Shown: piece by piece, positions 39,274-52,119 of the stretch
Layout of the letters: each line of letters starts with the position of its first letter
How positions within the stretch are numbered: position 1 is the first letter of the stretch
NCBI GenBank assembly: GCA_051294375.1
Contig: CM119270.1
Coordinates: 21,712,650 to 21,774,864, forward strand
DNA: 62,215 bases
From: Paraspadella gotoi
Lineage: Eukaryota; Animalia; Chaetognatha
Direction: 5' to 3'
Notes under the pieces: model-generated
Seen by the model: the letters and a program-made list of their open reading frames with translations, nothing else
The model's database searches: none
Told to the model about the DNA's origin: nothing
Program-made: the position numbers and the translations under genes

Positions 39274-40198
39274 ATCAACCATCTGGCGCGTCACGCGTTT
39301 CTGGCGGCAAAAATTCATTTACTCGCGCAAACTTTGCGTGTATAGATAAAATATGCAAGGACGCCTCATCCTATCGCCGCCGCCGCCGCCGCCGCCGCCC
39401 GCCCTCCCCCTGCCCGACGCTGCCCGGCGCGCTGGATCGGCGCCAGTGGGCGACCCCAGGCGCCACCTAGATTCGATGTTACTCATCGAATATGAGATGG
39501 CGCAACGAAAACAAGTGATCAACGCGGAAAATATTCATGCGTCGGAATCTGGGGAGATTTTTAGTTGCTATCCCTCCTCGAAAAACTCCTCTCCTCTCTC
39601 TCATCTATCTCTCTCTCCTTGCATCTTCTCTCGTCTCTCTCTTCTCTCTCTCTCTCTCTTTCCCCCTCTCTCTCTCGTCTCGTCTTCTCTTTTTCCCTCT
39701 CTTCTCTCTCTCTCTCTCTCCTCTCTCTCTCCGCCTTCCCTCACTACTCTCTCCCTCCTCTCTCTCTCTCTCTCTCTCTCCCTCTCTCTCTCCCCCTCCC
39801 TCATCTTCTCTTCTCCTCCTTTTCCTCCTCTCTCTCTCCATCCCACTCTCCCTTCCCCTCGAAAAACTTAGCAAACTAAAAATCTCCCCAGATTCCGACC
39901 AATGAATAATCGCGCGTTGATCAACTTGTTTTTCGTTGCGCCATCTCATATTCGATGAGTAAATCGAATCTAAGGTGGCGCCTGGGTCGCCCACTGGCGC
40001 CGATCCAGCGCGCGGGCAGCGTCGGGCAAGCGGGGGAGGGGGCGGCGGATGGGCGAGGGCGGCGGGCGGCGATAGGATGAGGCGGGTTCCTTGAATATTT
40101 TATTATAACAAACGCACAAGTTTTGCGCGGAGAAATGAATTTTTGGCCGCCAGAAACGCGTGACAGCGCCAGATGTTGATGTCGTCGGTCGCGTCCGG

Positions 40199-40229
<31 letters not shown>

Positions 40230-41393
40230 ATTTCACTCACTCTTTGTTGGTCTGTCGGGTTCGTCGTTTTTTTCGGGACAAAACTTCACGGAAATTTTTT
40301 TTTTTCATTTGTTTTTTCGTCAACATGAAATTCAATTTTCAGATTGTTTTTTTTTTTTTTTTGGCCATCAAAAAAATAAACTACGAGAATGAATATTCAT
40401 TATATTCTAAATTGTGACGCTTCATGTCATACGGAGTTGAGTCAATTAAATGTTGAGGAAATGAATAGAATTGAAAAAAAAAAAAAAAAAAAAAAAAATT
40501 TATTAATATCAAATAGAGAATAAATGAATTGGAATGGATAATGAGACACGAATTGTATTTGTTTTTGCTGCCGGTTTGTGTTGTAGATAACGAGATGAGT
40601 TTTGTCTTTTGTTCGTTTTTTGATGTGGTTTATCTCGTTAAAGGGTTTTGTCTGATCCAATCATTGGGGTATCTTAGGCTTGTCTTTTTTTTTTTCGGTT
40701 CTTTTTTTCTTTCTTTCTTTCTTTCTCTCTTTGTCTTTCTTTCTTTCTTTCCTTGTCTTTTCTCCTTTCTTTTTCTTTCTTTCTTTCTTTCTTTCCTTTT
40801 TTTTTTTTTTTTTTCTTTCTTTCTTGTCTTTTTTCCTTTCTTTTTATATTCCCTTTTTTTTTTTAACCTTTTTATTATGTTAAACTATTTTCTTTTCCTT
40901 CGCCTCACTCGCTCTTATTTTTTTTTTTTATTCTTTTTTATTTTCGAGTACTTTCCTTTTGTTTACTACGTGTCCTTTCCGTTCCATCCCATGACTTTTT
41001 TTTGCCCCCCCCCCCCCATCTTTTAACTACATTTTAAAACGACTTTTTTTTTTTTTTTTTGTTTCCTTTTTTTTTTTTATGTACTGTCTTTTTTTTTCAA
41101 CAAACTTGGATTCCCTTTTCCTTTTCCTCCCCCTTTTTCTCCCTTTCCCTTTCTTTTTTTCCCTTTCCCGTTCCTTTCCAATCGCTTTTCTTATTCAATC
41201 TTTTTTTTCTTATTCCAATCTCTTTTTTTCCGATTTCTTGCTTTCCTTTCCCCATCTTTTCTTTCTCTCCCTTTTTTTTTTTTTCTTTTCCATCCTTTTC
41301 TTTCCCCTCCCCGCCCTCGTTTGTCCCGTTCTTATCTATCCGTCCTTTAAATCCTCTTTCTTTCTTTTCCTCTCCCATTTCTCTTTTCCCATC
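38400..41393. repeat. Inverted duplication (arms ~38400-39570 and ~39868-41393); right arm looks like one uncorrected long read
   Basis: 39541 GTCGGAATCTGGGGAGATTTTTAGTT vs AACTAAAAATCTCCCCAGATTCCGAC ~39874-39899. The right arm is ~350 bp longer through scattered insertions and homopolymer expansion, and ends at the 25-N gap 41396-41420. Confidence 0.92.
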
Positions 41394-42558
41394 GCNNNNN
41401 NNNNNNNNNNNNNNNNNNNNGAAAGATGCGATGTGGAGAGTGGGAGAGAGAGGGAGAGAAATGAAAAATAAAAGCATGCTTGAGGCGAAGCTGATCGCTT
41501 GACAGGTGAATAGGAGGACATGGTAGAGGAAAAGCATGGTTAGGGAGGGAGAGAGGAGGGAGAAAGATTAAAGGGAGAAGACGAGAAAAGGAGGGGACGG
41601 AGGAAGAGACGAAAGAGAGGGAGAAGGAGGAAAGGGAGAAGACAAGAAGAGGAGGGGAGGGAGGAAGAGACGAAAAAGAGGGAGAAGGAGGAAAGTGGGG
41701 GAGAAAGAAAAAAGAGGGAATGTTGAAGACAAGAGGAGATGGAGAAAGAAAAGCAAAAGGGAAGGAGGAGAGAGAGAGGGAGAGAGAAGAGAGAGAGGGA
41801 GCAAGAAAAAGATAGGAGAGAGGAAAGGATGGAAGAAAGAGAAAAGAAAGGAAGGAAGCAAAAAAGAGAAGTGACTCCCAAATCACCAGAGAATCAAATT
41901 TGCAAAAGACAAAAGNNNNNNNNNNNNNNNNNNNNNNNNNNNNNNNNNNNNNNNNNNNNNNNNNNNNNNNNNNNNNNNNNNNNNNNNNNNNNNNNNNNNN
42001 NNNNNNNNNNNNNNNNNNNNNNNNNNNNNNNNNNNNNNNNNNNNNNNNNNNNNNNNNNNNNNNNNNNNNNNNNNNNNNNNNNNNNNNNNNNNNNNNNNNN
42101 NNNNNNNNNNNNNNNNNNNNNNNNNNNNNNNNNNNNNNNNNNNNNNNNNNNNNNNNNNNNNNNNNNNNNNNNNNNNNNNNNNNNNNNNNNNNNNNNNNNN
42201 NNNNNNNNNNNNNNNNNNNNNGAGAGAGAGAGAGAGAGAGAGAGAGAGGTTAAGTTGAGCAAATGGAAACAACAGAAGGAGAAAAGAAAAATAGTTCACT
42301 AAACTTAATCAAGATTTTAGAAAAAAGTGAGGTCACAGAGAAAGAGAGAAAGATAGAAAGAAAAAAGAAAAAGAAAAAAAGACAGAGAGCGAAAAAAGAA
42401 AGATTTCTTTCTTTTTTATTTGCGATTGTGAATTCACAATTTTCTTTTCATTTCTCTTTGCTAATAATTTTTTTAGACCAAGAGTAATTTTAATGCAATT
42501 TTTCTTTTACTCTGATTATTCCTATTTCTGCTCAAGTCGAAACTATGGCCCCTGTTTC

Positions 42559-42662
42559 ACGCCACAAAACCTCTTAGCGCCACAAAACCTTTTAACGAAC
42601 ACAAAACCTTTTAACGAACACAAAACCTTTTAACGCCCCAAAACCTCTTAACGCCACAAAAA
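42559..42662. repeat. 18-19-bp minisatellite CACAAAACCTTTTAACG(AA/C)
   Basis: About five to six tandem copies. Confidence 0.85.
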
Positions 42663-42776
42663 CTCCCAACGTCAAATCCTTCTGCATCATTTCCTCTTTT
42701 TCGCGAAAAAACAAAAAAAATCCATCTCATTCACTTGAATGAAAATCACAAAAAAATAAAATCATATCTTAACCAT

Positions 42777-42837
<61 letters not shown>

Positions 42838-43190
42838 GAAGAAAGTGTGAAGAGTGAAAGTCCGCGTGAGCGATTCACTGTGAAACCAGGATTTCAAATG
42901 AATGCGTGACTACGCAAGAGTCTTAGTAACTTTCGGTATCTTTCTCTTCAGTATTTACTAAAATGATGCAGTATTTACAACATAAGTGAGACAGGCCAAA
43001 GGAAAAACAGACCGACCGACCAAAAAGTGAGTCTCTCCCCGTGTAAAAAACAAAAGGCGAAGAAATCTTTCAGTCACAAAATTAAGTTCACGATTTCGAT
43101 AAAACTTATGGAAATAAGTCGAGCACAAAAAAACTGCCTCCTTCTTAATCTCTTGGGGTCTTTTTCTTTTCTTATTTCTTTATTTATTAC

Positions 43191-43245
<55 letters not shown>

Positions 43246-43559
43246 CAAAGCCTTATCTCTATGCTCTACTCCACTGAATAAATAGCCATCGTAAAGACTA
43301 AACGACACCTTTTTTCCTTTTTCGAATTTAAAAAAAAAGAAAGAAGCAAAAACATAAAAGAGAATCAAAACTCTGAAGATTGACGAAAACCCCAACTTTG
43401 GAAACAATATTAATTTATATTAATTTATTTTATTATTTTATATTATTTTATATTAATTTATATTTATGGCAAAAACTGCGATTTAATACTACAAAGAAAC
43501 AGTGTGTACGACTTCGGTTACATTTAAAACTTGGACCGTATTGTGTTGGTAGTTGAAAC

Positions 43560-43631
<72 letters not shown>

Positions 43632-45212
43632 TCTCCTTTCCTTACCTTACCCTAATTTACCTTACCTCGATCTCAGATCCCCGATTTACTCCAAGTTAAT
43701 CCCCAGGGGATTTTCCCTAAATCCCCCTCGCAAATTAACAGACTTCCATTTTTTTAGTTGCGACAGTGAAGACTCTCCACTGGAGAGTGATTGCGCCTTG
43801 GTCTGTCGGTCTCTTTCATTTATGTTCTTAACTTCTTTTGGAAATAATTAATAAAGCATTTGCATATGTTAACAGTAAATTGCGAAAAGAAAAGAAAACA
43901 ATCCTGAGATTTATATAATAAAGTTTGTAGTTTTTTAAATAGGTTTTTTAAAAACAAATAAATCATAAAAATAAATTTTAAATTGATATTATAAAAAATT
44001 AATTATCTCAGCAATAAGAGATACAGCGCAACTTTTTCCACATTTTGCCGTCGGAGAGCATTCTCTCTTTTTTCTTTTTTGTTTTTTGTTTGTGTTTTAT
44101 TTTTGTAACAAGAAGAAACCCTAGACATTGGATGTAATCATGAGCTGTTGAGGGGTTAATTTTTTTTGTGGGATGAAAACCTGAATTTTTAAATTATTTT
44201 TTTTTCATCATGAAGATGAATGAATCTTTTGGGGAAAGAGAAAGTTTAGAAAAAAAAAAGGGGAGGAGTTTATTCACCTTTGAGTAGAAAGGAAATAAAT
44301 GGATTACTCGCTATTTAAAGAGAATTTTAGAATTTTGATGTATTTCAAAAAGGATTACCCTGTATGAAACTCGAGTTCATGTTTTTAAAAAAAAGAGAGA
44401 TTTGATTTTGGCTCAACAATGAAAAATAGTTTGCGTCTGGAAGTGAGTTTAATCATATCTGAATAAAAAGGTTAAAAAAAGAAAAGAAAGAAAAAAGTAA
44501 ATATGGGTGATGGTAGAAAAGGGAAAACAAAGAAGTGAATAAAAAGAGTAAAGGAAAGAAGGAGAAAAGAAATATAGGGAAGGAAAGTAGAAAAGAGAAA
44601 AGAAAAGAAAATAGAAAAGAGAAAAGTAGGAGGACAAAAATAAAGGAGAATAAAGAAGAAGAGGAAAAAGGAAGAGGGAGGAAGGGAAGAGATAAAAAAG
44701 GAGGGAAAGAAGAAAAGATAAAAAGAAAGAAGAAAGAAGGAGAGGAAAAGAAAAAGGAGGGAAGAAAAGAAGAAATAAGGAAAGAAAAAGAAGAAATAAG
44801 GAAAGAGAAAGAAGAAAGAAGGAAGGGAAAAGAAGAAAGAATGAAAGGAAAAGAAGAAAGAAGGAAAGGGAAAGAAGAAATAAGGAAAGAAAAAGACTAA
44901 AAAAGGAAAGGAAAAGAAGTGAGAAGGAAAGGGAAAGAAGAAAGAAGGAAGGGAAAAGAAGAAAGAATGAAAGGAAAAGAAGAAAGAAGGAAAGGGAAAG
45001 AAGAAATAAGGAAAGGAAAAGACTAAAAAAGGAAAGGAAAAGAAGTGAGAAGGAAAGGAAAAGAAGAAAGAAGGAACCCTCCTGGGAGGAAAACACGGCG
45101 CGAGATAAAGGGCCGACGTCGTCGTAAACAGAAACCAAAACATAAAAAAAAGAAAAAGAAGAATAAAAAATATTTAAAAAAAGAAAAAAACAGAATAAAG
45201 GATTTAAAAAAA

Positions 45213-45418
45213 AATATGGCGGATGCGATATCGACTCGCGTTACAATAGAGACGCCGCATTGTTATGTCGAGACTCGAGGCTCTGATTTGTAGAATTTTC
45301 TATGGCTCTGATTGGCCGAAAAACGAGGCCTTCTGATTGGCCGATTTGTTTGAGAATTTGATCGGCTGACAAACTATGGATTCTGATTGGACAAATCTTT
45401 CATTCTCAACCAATCAGC
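45213..45418. promoter_or_regulatory. Promoter-like region: YY1-like motif plus CCAAT cluster
   Basis: AATATGGCGG ~45213; CTGATTGG at ~45308, ~45333 and ~45383; CCAATCAG ~45410; locally CpG-rich. Confidence 0.45.
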
Positions 45419-45713
45419 TAAGCTTTAGATTTAAAAACTCTTGTTAGGTTTTGTCGGATAAGTAGAATGAATTACAGAAATTAATAGAGAAAACATCTTG
45501 CAATGACAAATCTATTGCTTCCTTTTCTTTTTTTGTTTCTGAAAATTTATTGTTTTTCTCTCGATTTCTTGTTGTTTATTATTTTTTCTCTCCTTTTTTC
45601 TTTTTGATATTAGTTTTTCTCTCATTTTTTCCCTTTTTTTTTCTTTTTCCATTTTTCCATTTTCTGCTCCATGGATTGTGCCCGATGCATTTGGGGGCAA
45701 CCCTTATTGTGAA

Positions 45714-45744
<31 letters not shown>

Positions 45745-45926
45745 AAAGAGAGCTTCTTCCTCTTTAGAAAAGAAAAGAAAAAAAACTATTATGCATAATT
45801 ATTCATAATTTTTCACCTTTTCTGTAATTTGAAATCTGTCAAAACTTAAGTCTTCCTCGACAACTTTTCTATTTCCCCAAAGTCACATTTTTCACCTTCG
45901 TCGAGTTTTTCACGATTTTTCCCATA

Positions 45927-45981
<55 letters not shown>

Positions 45982-46644
45982 CTCTCCCACATTGTTCTCC
46001 AGGCGCCGTTAGAGTAGATGGCGTCTTAGTCTGCATCGAATTCCCAGCGATGATGAGGAACAAAAATAATTAAAGGTGAAGCATCACGAAATTTCTCGAG
46101 AACAAGAGAACAATGGAACTTAAAACAAAGACAAAACGTACGAACAAGAGAACAGGGAAACTCAAAAACAAGGACATTACGAACGAACAAGAAAACAGGG
46201 AAACTCAAAAACAAAGACAATACAAAAGAACAAAAGAGCAATAAAAATCAAACATCTGATCAGAATATTTAATTAAATTTAATTAAACTAAATATTAAAA
46301 AAATATAATTGAATAAATAAACAAACAAACAGAACTTTAAATTAAAAAAATGATTGAAACAACTAATTAAGGTAAAAATTAATAGTTGTTGTCTTTACAG
46401 TTCGTACAGTTCGTAAAGTACGTACGTACATTATCAACCGTTAATATTTTTGCCAAAGTGGAGTCAGGAAAGTATTTCTAATTCTCGAATGTTGAGAGAA
46501 AAAGCAAAGTGAGTAAAGTGAAGGAGAGAGTAAGTGAAGTGACACACGTGACATGTGAGGGAAATGTCAGGAAAGGTAAGGAAGAAGTGAGGGAAGAAAA
46601 TTGAGGAAGAATGTGAAGAAAGATATAAAGGAAACAGAAGTTGA

Positions 46645-47680
46645 TAAACGAATTAAGAAGAAGATTAAAGAATTAAGAAGAAGATTAACGAATTAAGAAG
46701 GAGATTAAGGAATTTAGGAGATTAAGGAATTAAGAAGGAGATTAGCGAATTAAGAAGGAGATTAAGGAATTTAGGAGATTAACGAATTAAGAAAAAGATT
46801 AACGAATTAAGAAGGAGATTAACGAATTAACAGAATAACAAATTAAGAAGGAGATTAACGAATTAAGAAGGAGATTAAGGTATTTAGGAGATTAACGAAT
46901 TAAGAAAAAGATTAACGAATTAAGAAGGAGATTAACGAATTAACAGAATAACGAAATAAGAAGGAGATTAACGAATTCAGAAGGAGATTAACGAATTAAG
47001 AAGGAGATTAGCGAATTAAGAAGGAGATTAACGAATTAAGAAGGAGATTAAGAAATTTAGGAGATTAACAAATTAAGAAAAAGATTAACAAATTAAGAAG
47101 GAGATTAACGAATTAACAGAATAACCAATTAAGAAGGAGATTAACGAATTAAGAAGGAGATTATCGAATTAAGAAGAAGATTAACGAATTAAAAAGGAGA
47201 TTAACAAATTAAGAAGAAGATTAACGAATTAAGAAGGAGATTAACGAATTAAGAAGGAGATTAACGAATTAAGAAGGAGATTAATGAATTAAAAGGAGAT
47301 TAACGAATTAAGAGTGAGATTACCAAATTAAGAAAGAGATTAACGAATTAAGAAGGAGAATAACATTTTATGTTTTTTGCTTAGACTTATACTGTCTTTG
47401 TTTGTTTGTTTGTTGATGATGATTGTACTGAATCAACCTCGTTGTATTCGAATAAAATCGCATATATATTAAGAAGGAGATTAACGAATTAAGGAGATTA
47501 ACCAATTAAAAAAGAGATTAACGAATTAAGAAGGAGATTAACGAATTAATAAGAATATTAAAGAATTAAGAAAGAGATTAACGAATTAAGAATGAAATTA
47601 ATGAATTAAGAAAGAGATTAACGAATTAAGAAGTAGATTAACGAATTAAAAAGGAGATTAACGAATTAAGAGTGAGATTG
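46645..47680. repeat. 20-bp satellite AAGGAGATTAACGAATTAAG with interruption
   Basis: Dozens of tandem copies with recurring variants (GGAATTTAGGAG, TTAACAGAATAAC). Non-repeat insert at ~47365-47466. Confidence 0.95.
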
Positions 47681-47834
47681 AAAATCAAGGGATGTGACAG
47701 TAAGTTTGTGCACAAGGCGCTAAGTGGGCTGAAGACGACTATCCGTAACTTCGGTTCCACCTCGGCCGCGACGGGTGCTGGGCTTCAAACCAGTTTTCCA
47801 GCCCCCAAGGCGCTGTACGGCCGCCCTCACGCTC

Positions 47835-48180
47835 GGTGTGGGTAGGAAAGTGTGTGATTAAGCTGGATATAAATCTTTTTACTTATTTTAACCAATAAAT
47901 ACTCTATTTAATCATAATTGGATGAATAGATTTAGTTGAAATTTTGTGTGTGGGTAGGAAAGTGTGTGACGAAGCTTGATACAAAGTTTCGGTGGAAACG
48001 TACGAGTGGAAATGAGTTTAAATAAAAAAAATATGAGTCAAATTTATTTGAATCTTTTTCTTTTCACGATCTTGTTAGTCCTGCAATGTTACTTATTTTA
48101 ACCCATAATTACTCGAATTAATCATAATTGAATTATTAGATTGAAAAGGAAAGTGTGTGAAGAAGCTAGATATAAAGTTT
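47835..48180. repeat. Degenerate triplicated block GGAAAGTGTGTGA..AAGCT.GATA.AAA
   Basis: Copies near 47845, 47957 and 48148. TTACTTATTTTAACC...TTAATCATAATTG occurs twice. Confidence 0.7.
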
Positions 48181-48249
48181 TGACGGATTTTTATTTATGA
48201 TTACTCATAAATGTTTTAATTAATTAATTAATTAATTTGAAAAAAATGA

Positions 48250-48512
48250 TACAATTTAAAAAAATTATGCAAGTTGAAAAAATTATGCAAGTTGAAAAAA
48301 ATATGTGAGTTGAAAAAATTATGCAAGTTGAAAAAATTATGCAAGTTGAAGAAATTATGCAAGTTGAAAAATTGATGCAAGTTGAAAAAATGATGCAAGT
48401 TAAAAAAATGATGCGAATTGTAAAAATGATGTAAATTGAAAAAATGATGAGTTGAAAAATTATGTTCGTGGAAAAAATTATACGAGTTCAAAAAATGATG
48501 CGAGTTAAAAAA
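48250..48512. repeat. 18-bp minisatellite TTATGCAAGTTGAAAAAA
   Basis: About 14 degenerate copies; source of the LHNFFN-repeat ORF. Confidence 0.9.
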
Positions 48513-48587
48513 AATTTTAAAAAATATTGTGATTTATCATCTGATTAATTATTGTAGGCAGATCCAACATTGTTTGCTCAAACTTGT

Positions 48588-49677
48588 TACAAATATATTC
48601 CCGGTGATCACGTCGTATTCAGGGTCCTTCGGCCAAGTCCTCAAGGCCATCGACCACAAGACCTCCCAACCGGTCGCAATCAAAATTCTCCGTCAAAACA
48701 AATCCGTCGTCGAAGATGCTCGTCGAGAAGTGTCATTCTTGCAGAATCTCGCCGAGGTCGACCCCGAGGGCGCCGCCAACGTGGTCAGCCTCAAAGACCC
48801 CGTCCTAGTATTCGAGCTTCTCGGTCGAAGCCTCATTGACCGTCTCGAGGACCGGGGGTTCCGAGGATTCTCGGAGGAGGCCGTCAGGAGGATGGCCTTT
48901 GCGATGCTCTGAGGGATAAAGCATCTTCACGACAACCTGAAGCCGAACAACATGGCTTTCACGGTTAGATGGAAAATCAGATTTTGGGGCATTTATTTTC
49001 TATCTATTTATTTATCATTTAAAACATAAATCAAAGCTTTTATTCATTTGTGTGTCATTCACTCTTTAACTCTCTATGATTCTCTCATTCACTCTCTCTC
49101 TCCTTCTCTCTCTCTTCTTTTATATTCTTTTATATTCTTTTTCTCCTCTACATAATTCAATTATTAATTTTTTCTATTACTCTATACTTTCTCGTTCCTC
49201 CCGTCTCCCTCTCTCTCTCTCTCTCTCTCCCTTTCACCCCCACACAAACCCAAATAATTTCTCCCCTCTCCCCTCTTAATATTTTCCAGACCAACAACCT
49301 TGGCCTGAAACTCCTGGATCTTGGCCTCTTTCCACTCAGGCCAAGTTCCCTCAAAAAGCTTCGGGACGCTCTTATACAACCCTCCCGAACTCATTCTCGA
49401 CGCCTCCACTGACAAACCCTTCGACATGTGGTCGTTCGGCTGCATTTTGGCCGAACTGCTCTCTGGGGATCCTTTATTTAAAGGCTGCACCACTGAAGAC
49501 CAATTCGCCGCCTCCCCTAGTCTTTCTGGCCTTATACTGGAGTGCCTTCACTTAGATCCAAAGGATCGAATCACCGTTGATGACGCTTTAGATCATCTCT
49601 GGTTTACATTTATGAAGAAAGAAGAGATAAGAGGAGAAGTCGACATGGAGACGGGGGTTGTCACGTGTAACTTATAA
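48588..49677 (+). pseudogene. DYRK-like (CMGC) protein kinase pseudogene, two exons
   Basis: Motifs YKYIPGDHVVFR, GSFGQVLKAIDHKT-VAIK, LVFELLG, LKPNN, KLLDLG, YNPPELIL, DMWSFGCILAELLSGDPLF-G-EDQ and CLHLDPKDRIT-AL-HLWF. GT-AG intron 48964-49289. In-frame TGA 48910-48912; frameshifts before GSFG and after DLG; catalytic HCD missing. Confidence 0.88.
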
Positions 49678-49721
49678 TTACAAATTATCTTTTATTATCT
49701 CTACGATCTTATACTTTCTTA

Positions 49722-50136
49722 TACTATGGTGACAATTTTACGAGCGCCGGTAAAGAAACGCTGTCAGTTGCAAACCCATGAAGATTTTTTCAATGTTAAA
49801 TATGGATTTAAAAGTAAAAAACCAAATTATTTAATATATGCAATTATATTAGAAACGGACTTTGATATGCTTCAGCAATGATAGCAGGAAGATGGATTTG
49901 AAAATAGTTTCTAATTTTTCACTATTTTTTTTTAGATTTGATTTTTTTCTCTTACTTACAGTAAGTTTTTCTAAAGAAATTGGAAATAAAATAATATTAA
50001 TATTATTATTTTCTGAAATCCCTTAAAATCTAAAAAGAATGACGTACTTACGAATACTGTAGTATAAAAGAGACATCTTTCCAAAAATCAGTAGCTGGAG
50101 GGTAAATTTTAGATTTTCTAAAATTGTCACTATGTA
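49722..50136. mobile_element. ~415-bp MITE-like element with short terminal inverted repeats and TA flanks
   Basis: Left TA-CTATGGTGACAATTTTA; right TAAAATTGTCACTATG-TA. The 12-bp core GTGACAATTTTA is a perfect inverted match; non-coding interior. Confidence 0.5.
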
Positions 50137-51397
50137 CTATCATATAACTACAAACTGTCAACTCTATTCGTGCCTTATTTTTTTTATTGTTGTACTGTAT
50201 TGTCGTTTACAAGTTTTGCCTACCCTCAAAACAATTTTCTCTAAAAATTGAAGCTGTGATATAGATTGTTATTTAATAATGTGCTATAGAGTGCTATTTT
50301 AATAATGTGATATTGATTGCTATTTTAATAATGTGATATTGATTGTTTGTGTGTTATTTTTAACAAAAGTCGTTTTTAAAACTCTCAAAATATGCGAATA
50401 TTTTTTGTTGTAGAATTTGTTACTTTAACAATTTATTTTTATCAATTACTATTTTATTGATGTAGCGAATTTTATTGTCGCCCGTTTTGTTGTTACTGTT
50501 AAGTTTCCAAAAAAGAATACAAAAGGTACAATTTTTATTTTCGCCAACTGAAATTTTAAATAATAATATAAAAAAATATTACTAAACCTCTCTAACCCTA
50601 ACTAACCTTAACTCTAAAATACCCCTAACCCCAGTCGGCAAAAGTAAAAGTAAAACGATTAAAAACTTTAAAAATGTCTTATTAATATTATTGTAAATAT
50701 TTAAGCATTAGGATCGTTTGACCCGGGAGCCCATCAGCGTCCGTCACGCATTGAATCGGTGTCCATACTTTAGTATATAAAAACAAAAGAATCCTAAAGA
50801 TGTCGCTAGTAATCGCTATCAATAAGAGCTCTTGTCGTGTCAGTAAAAAAAGACAGAAGAGCAACGAGGGAAAGGTAGAGAATTTGGGTTTCAGGAAATA
50901 TAAGTTTATTTCGTAACATTCACCTTTGAACATTTGACCACCTGACAAAAAGGAACACAAAAAAACAAAAAAACAACAGTATAAAAAAAAAGATTTTTTA
51001 AAAAAAATACTTTGAGATGAGAAAAGTTTTTTTTTGTTTTCACAACGAATTTTTTAATGAAAAATTACAGACATGTCATAGATAACTATCTACTAATCTA
51101 TATTTCCACCGATTAATTAGCCAATTATTTAACTTCCGCTAAGTTCTCATAAGCAGATCCGGCATTGTTTGCTCAAACTCGTTATTGCTTTAAGATGCTA
51201 TCAAGAGAACTTGGTAAAGAGAGAGGGAGAGAGAGAGAAACGAAAAGAATGAAGGCCAAACAGAATTTGAAAGAAAAGTAATAAAGTAGAAAAATAAAAC
51301 AAAAAGTTGAAATGAAAAGTCATAAAGAAAACAAAAATATTCAGGGAAGCCAAGGATAAAATGAAAGTGAATAGAAAGTAAAGGGAGAATGTGCACT

Positions 51398-51440
<43 letters not shown>

Positions 51441-51730
51441 TAAAAGTGGAAAAAACGGTGAAATGAAATCAAACCGTGAGAAAAAAAAAGACTGAAAATT
51501 TAAGCGAAAGAAAAATCGCGAAAGTTTAAATTTGAAAACAAAAACTAAACAGAAAAAGAAGAAAAAAAATTTCGATCAAGTCTCTTTATTGATGTTTACA
51601 TTTTTTACAACGAAACATCTTCTGTATCCAGTTTTGGTTTTACTTCTTTTTTTTTGTCCACGACGACGACGACGACGACGACAAATGACGTCAAAAGGTC
51701 ACGTTTGACCAAAGATCCAAACACCCAAGC

Positions 51731-51773
<43 letters not shown>

Positions 51774-51937
51774 AGCTGCATGGGATAACGCAAAGGCCGA
51801 CTCGCCATCTTGCCAAATGGCCGACAAGGCGAGTTTCCCCTATACTAGCATTAGAATTTGGCCGAAAAGTCGGGAAGATTACTGGCAGATTTGGTGACGT
51901 GGCAGACCTGCTGACAGGCCAACCTCCAGTTTAGTTG

Positions 51938-52075
51938 ACATGCCGACATACAGACCTCGCATGCCGGAATGCAGACCTGCTCACATTACAGAAGGCAATG
52001 ACATGCCGACATACAGACCTCGCATGCCGGAATGCAGACCTGCTCACATTACAGAAGCCAATGACATGCCGACAT
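51938..52075. repeat. 63-bp near-perfect tandem duplication (~2.2 copies)
   Basis: GACATGCCGACATACAGACCTCGCATGCCGGAATGCAGACCTGCTCACATTACAGAAG(G/C)CAAT twice, then GACATGCCGACATA. Confidence 0.9.
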
Positions 52076-52119
52076 AAGTGTTTCGCCACATGACGACATC
52101 CCGATAAACAGACGGAAGG

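Noticed and set aside
46645-47680. CRISPR-like regularity in the 20-bp and 22-bp (19065-19352) arrays
   Set aside because: Head-to-tail monomers with no unique spacers, no cas genes and a eukaryotic context.
47700-47836. GC-rich block as an upstream kinase exon; also candidate exons at 13070-13255, 21500-21720, 32500-32660 and 56340-56515
   Set aside because: No recognisable motif and ambiguous frame or splice sites; unsupported without transcripts.
48910-48912. TGA in the kinase as recoding (selenocysteine or alternative genetic code)
   Set aside because: It co-occurs with two frameshifts and loss of the catalytic motif, so pseudogenisation is the simpler explanation.
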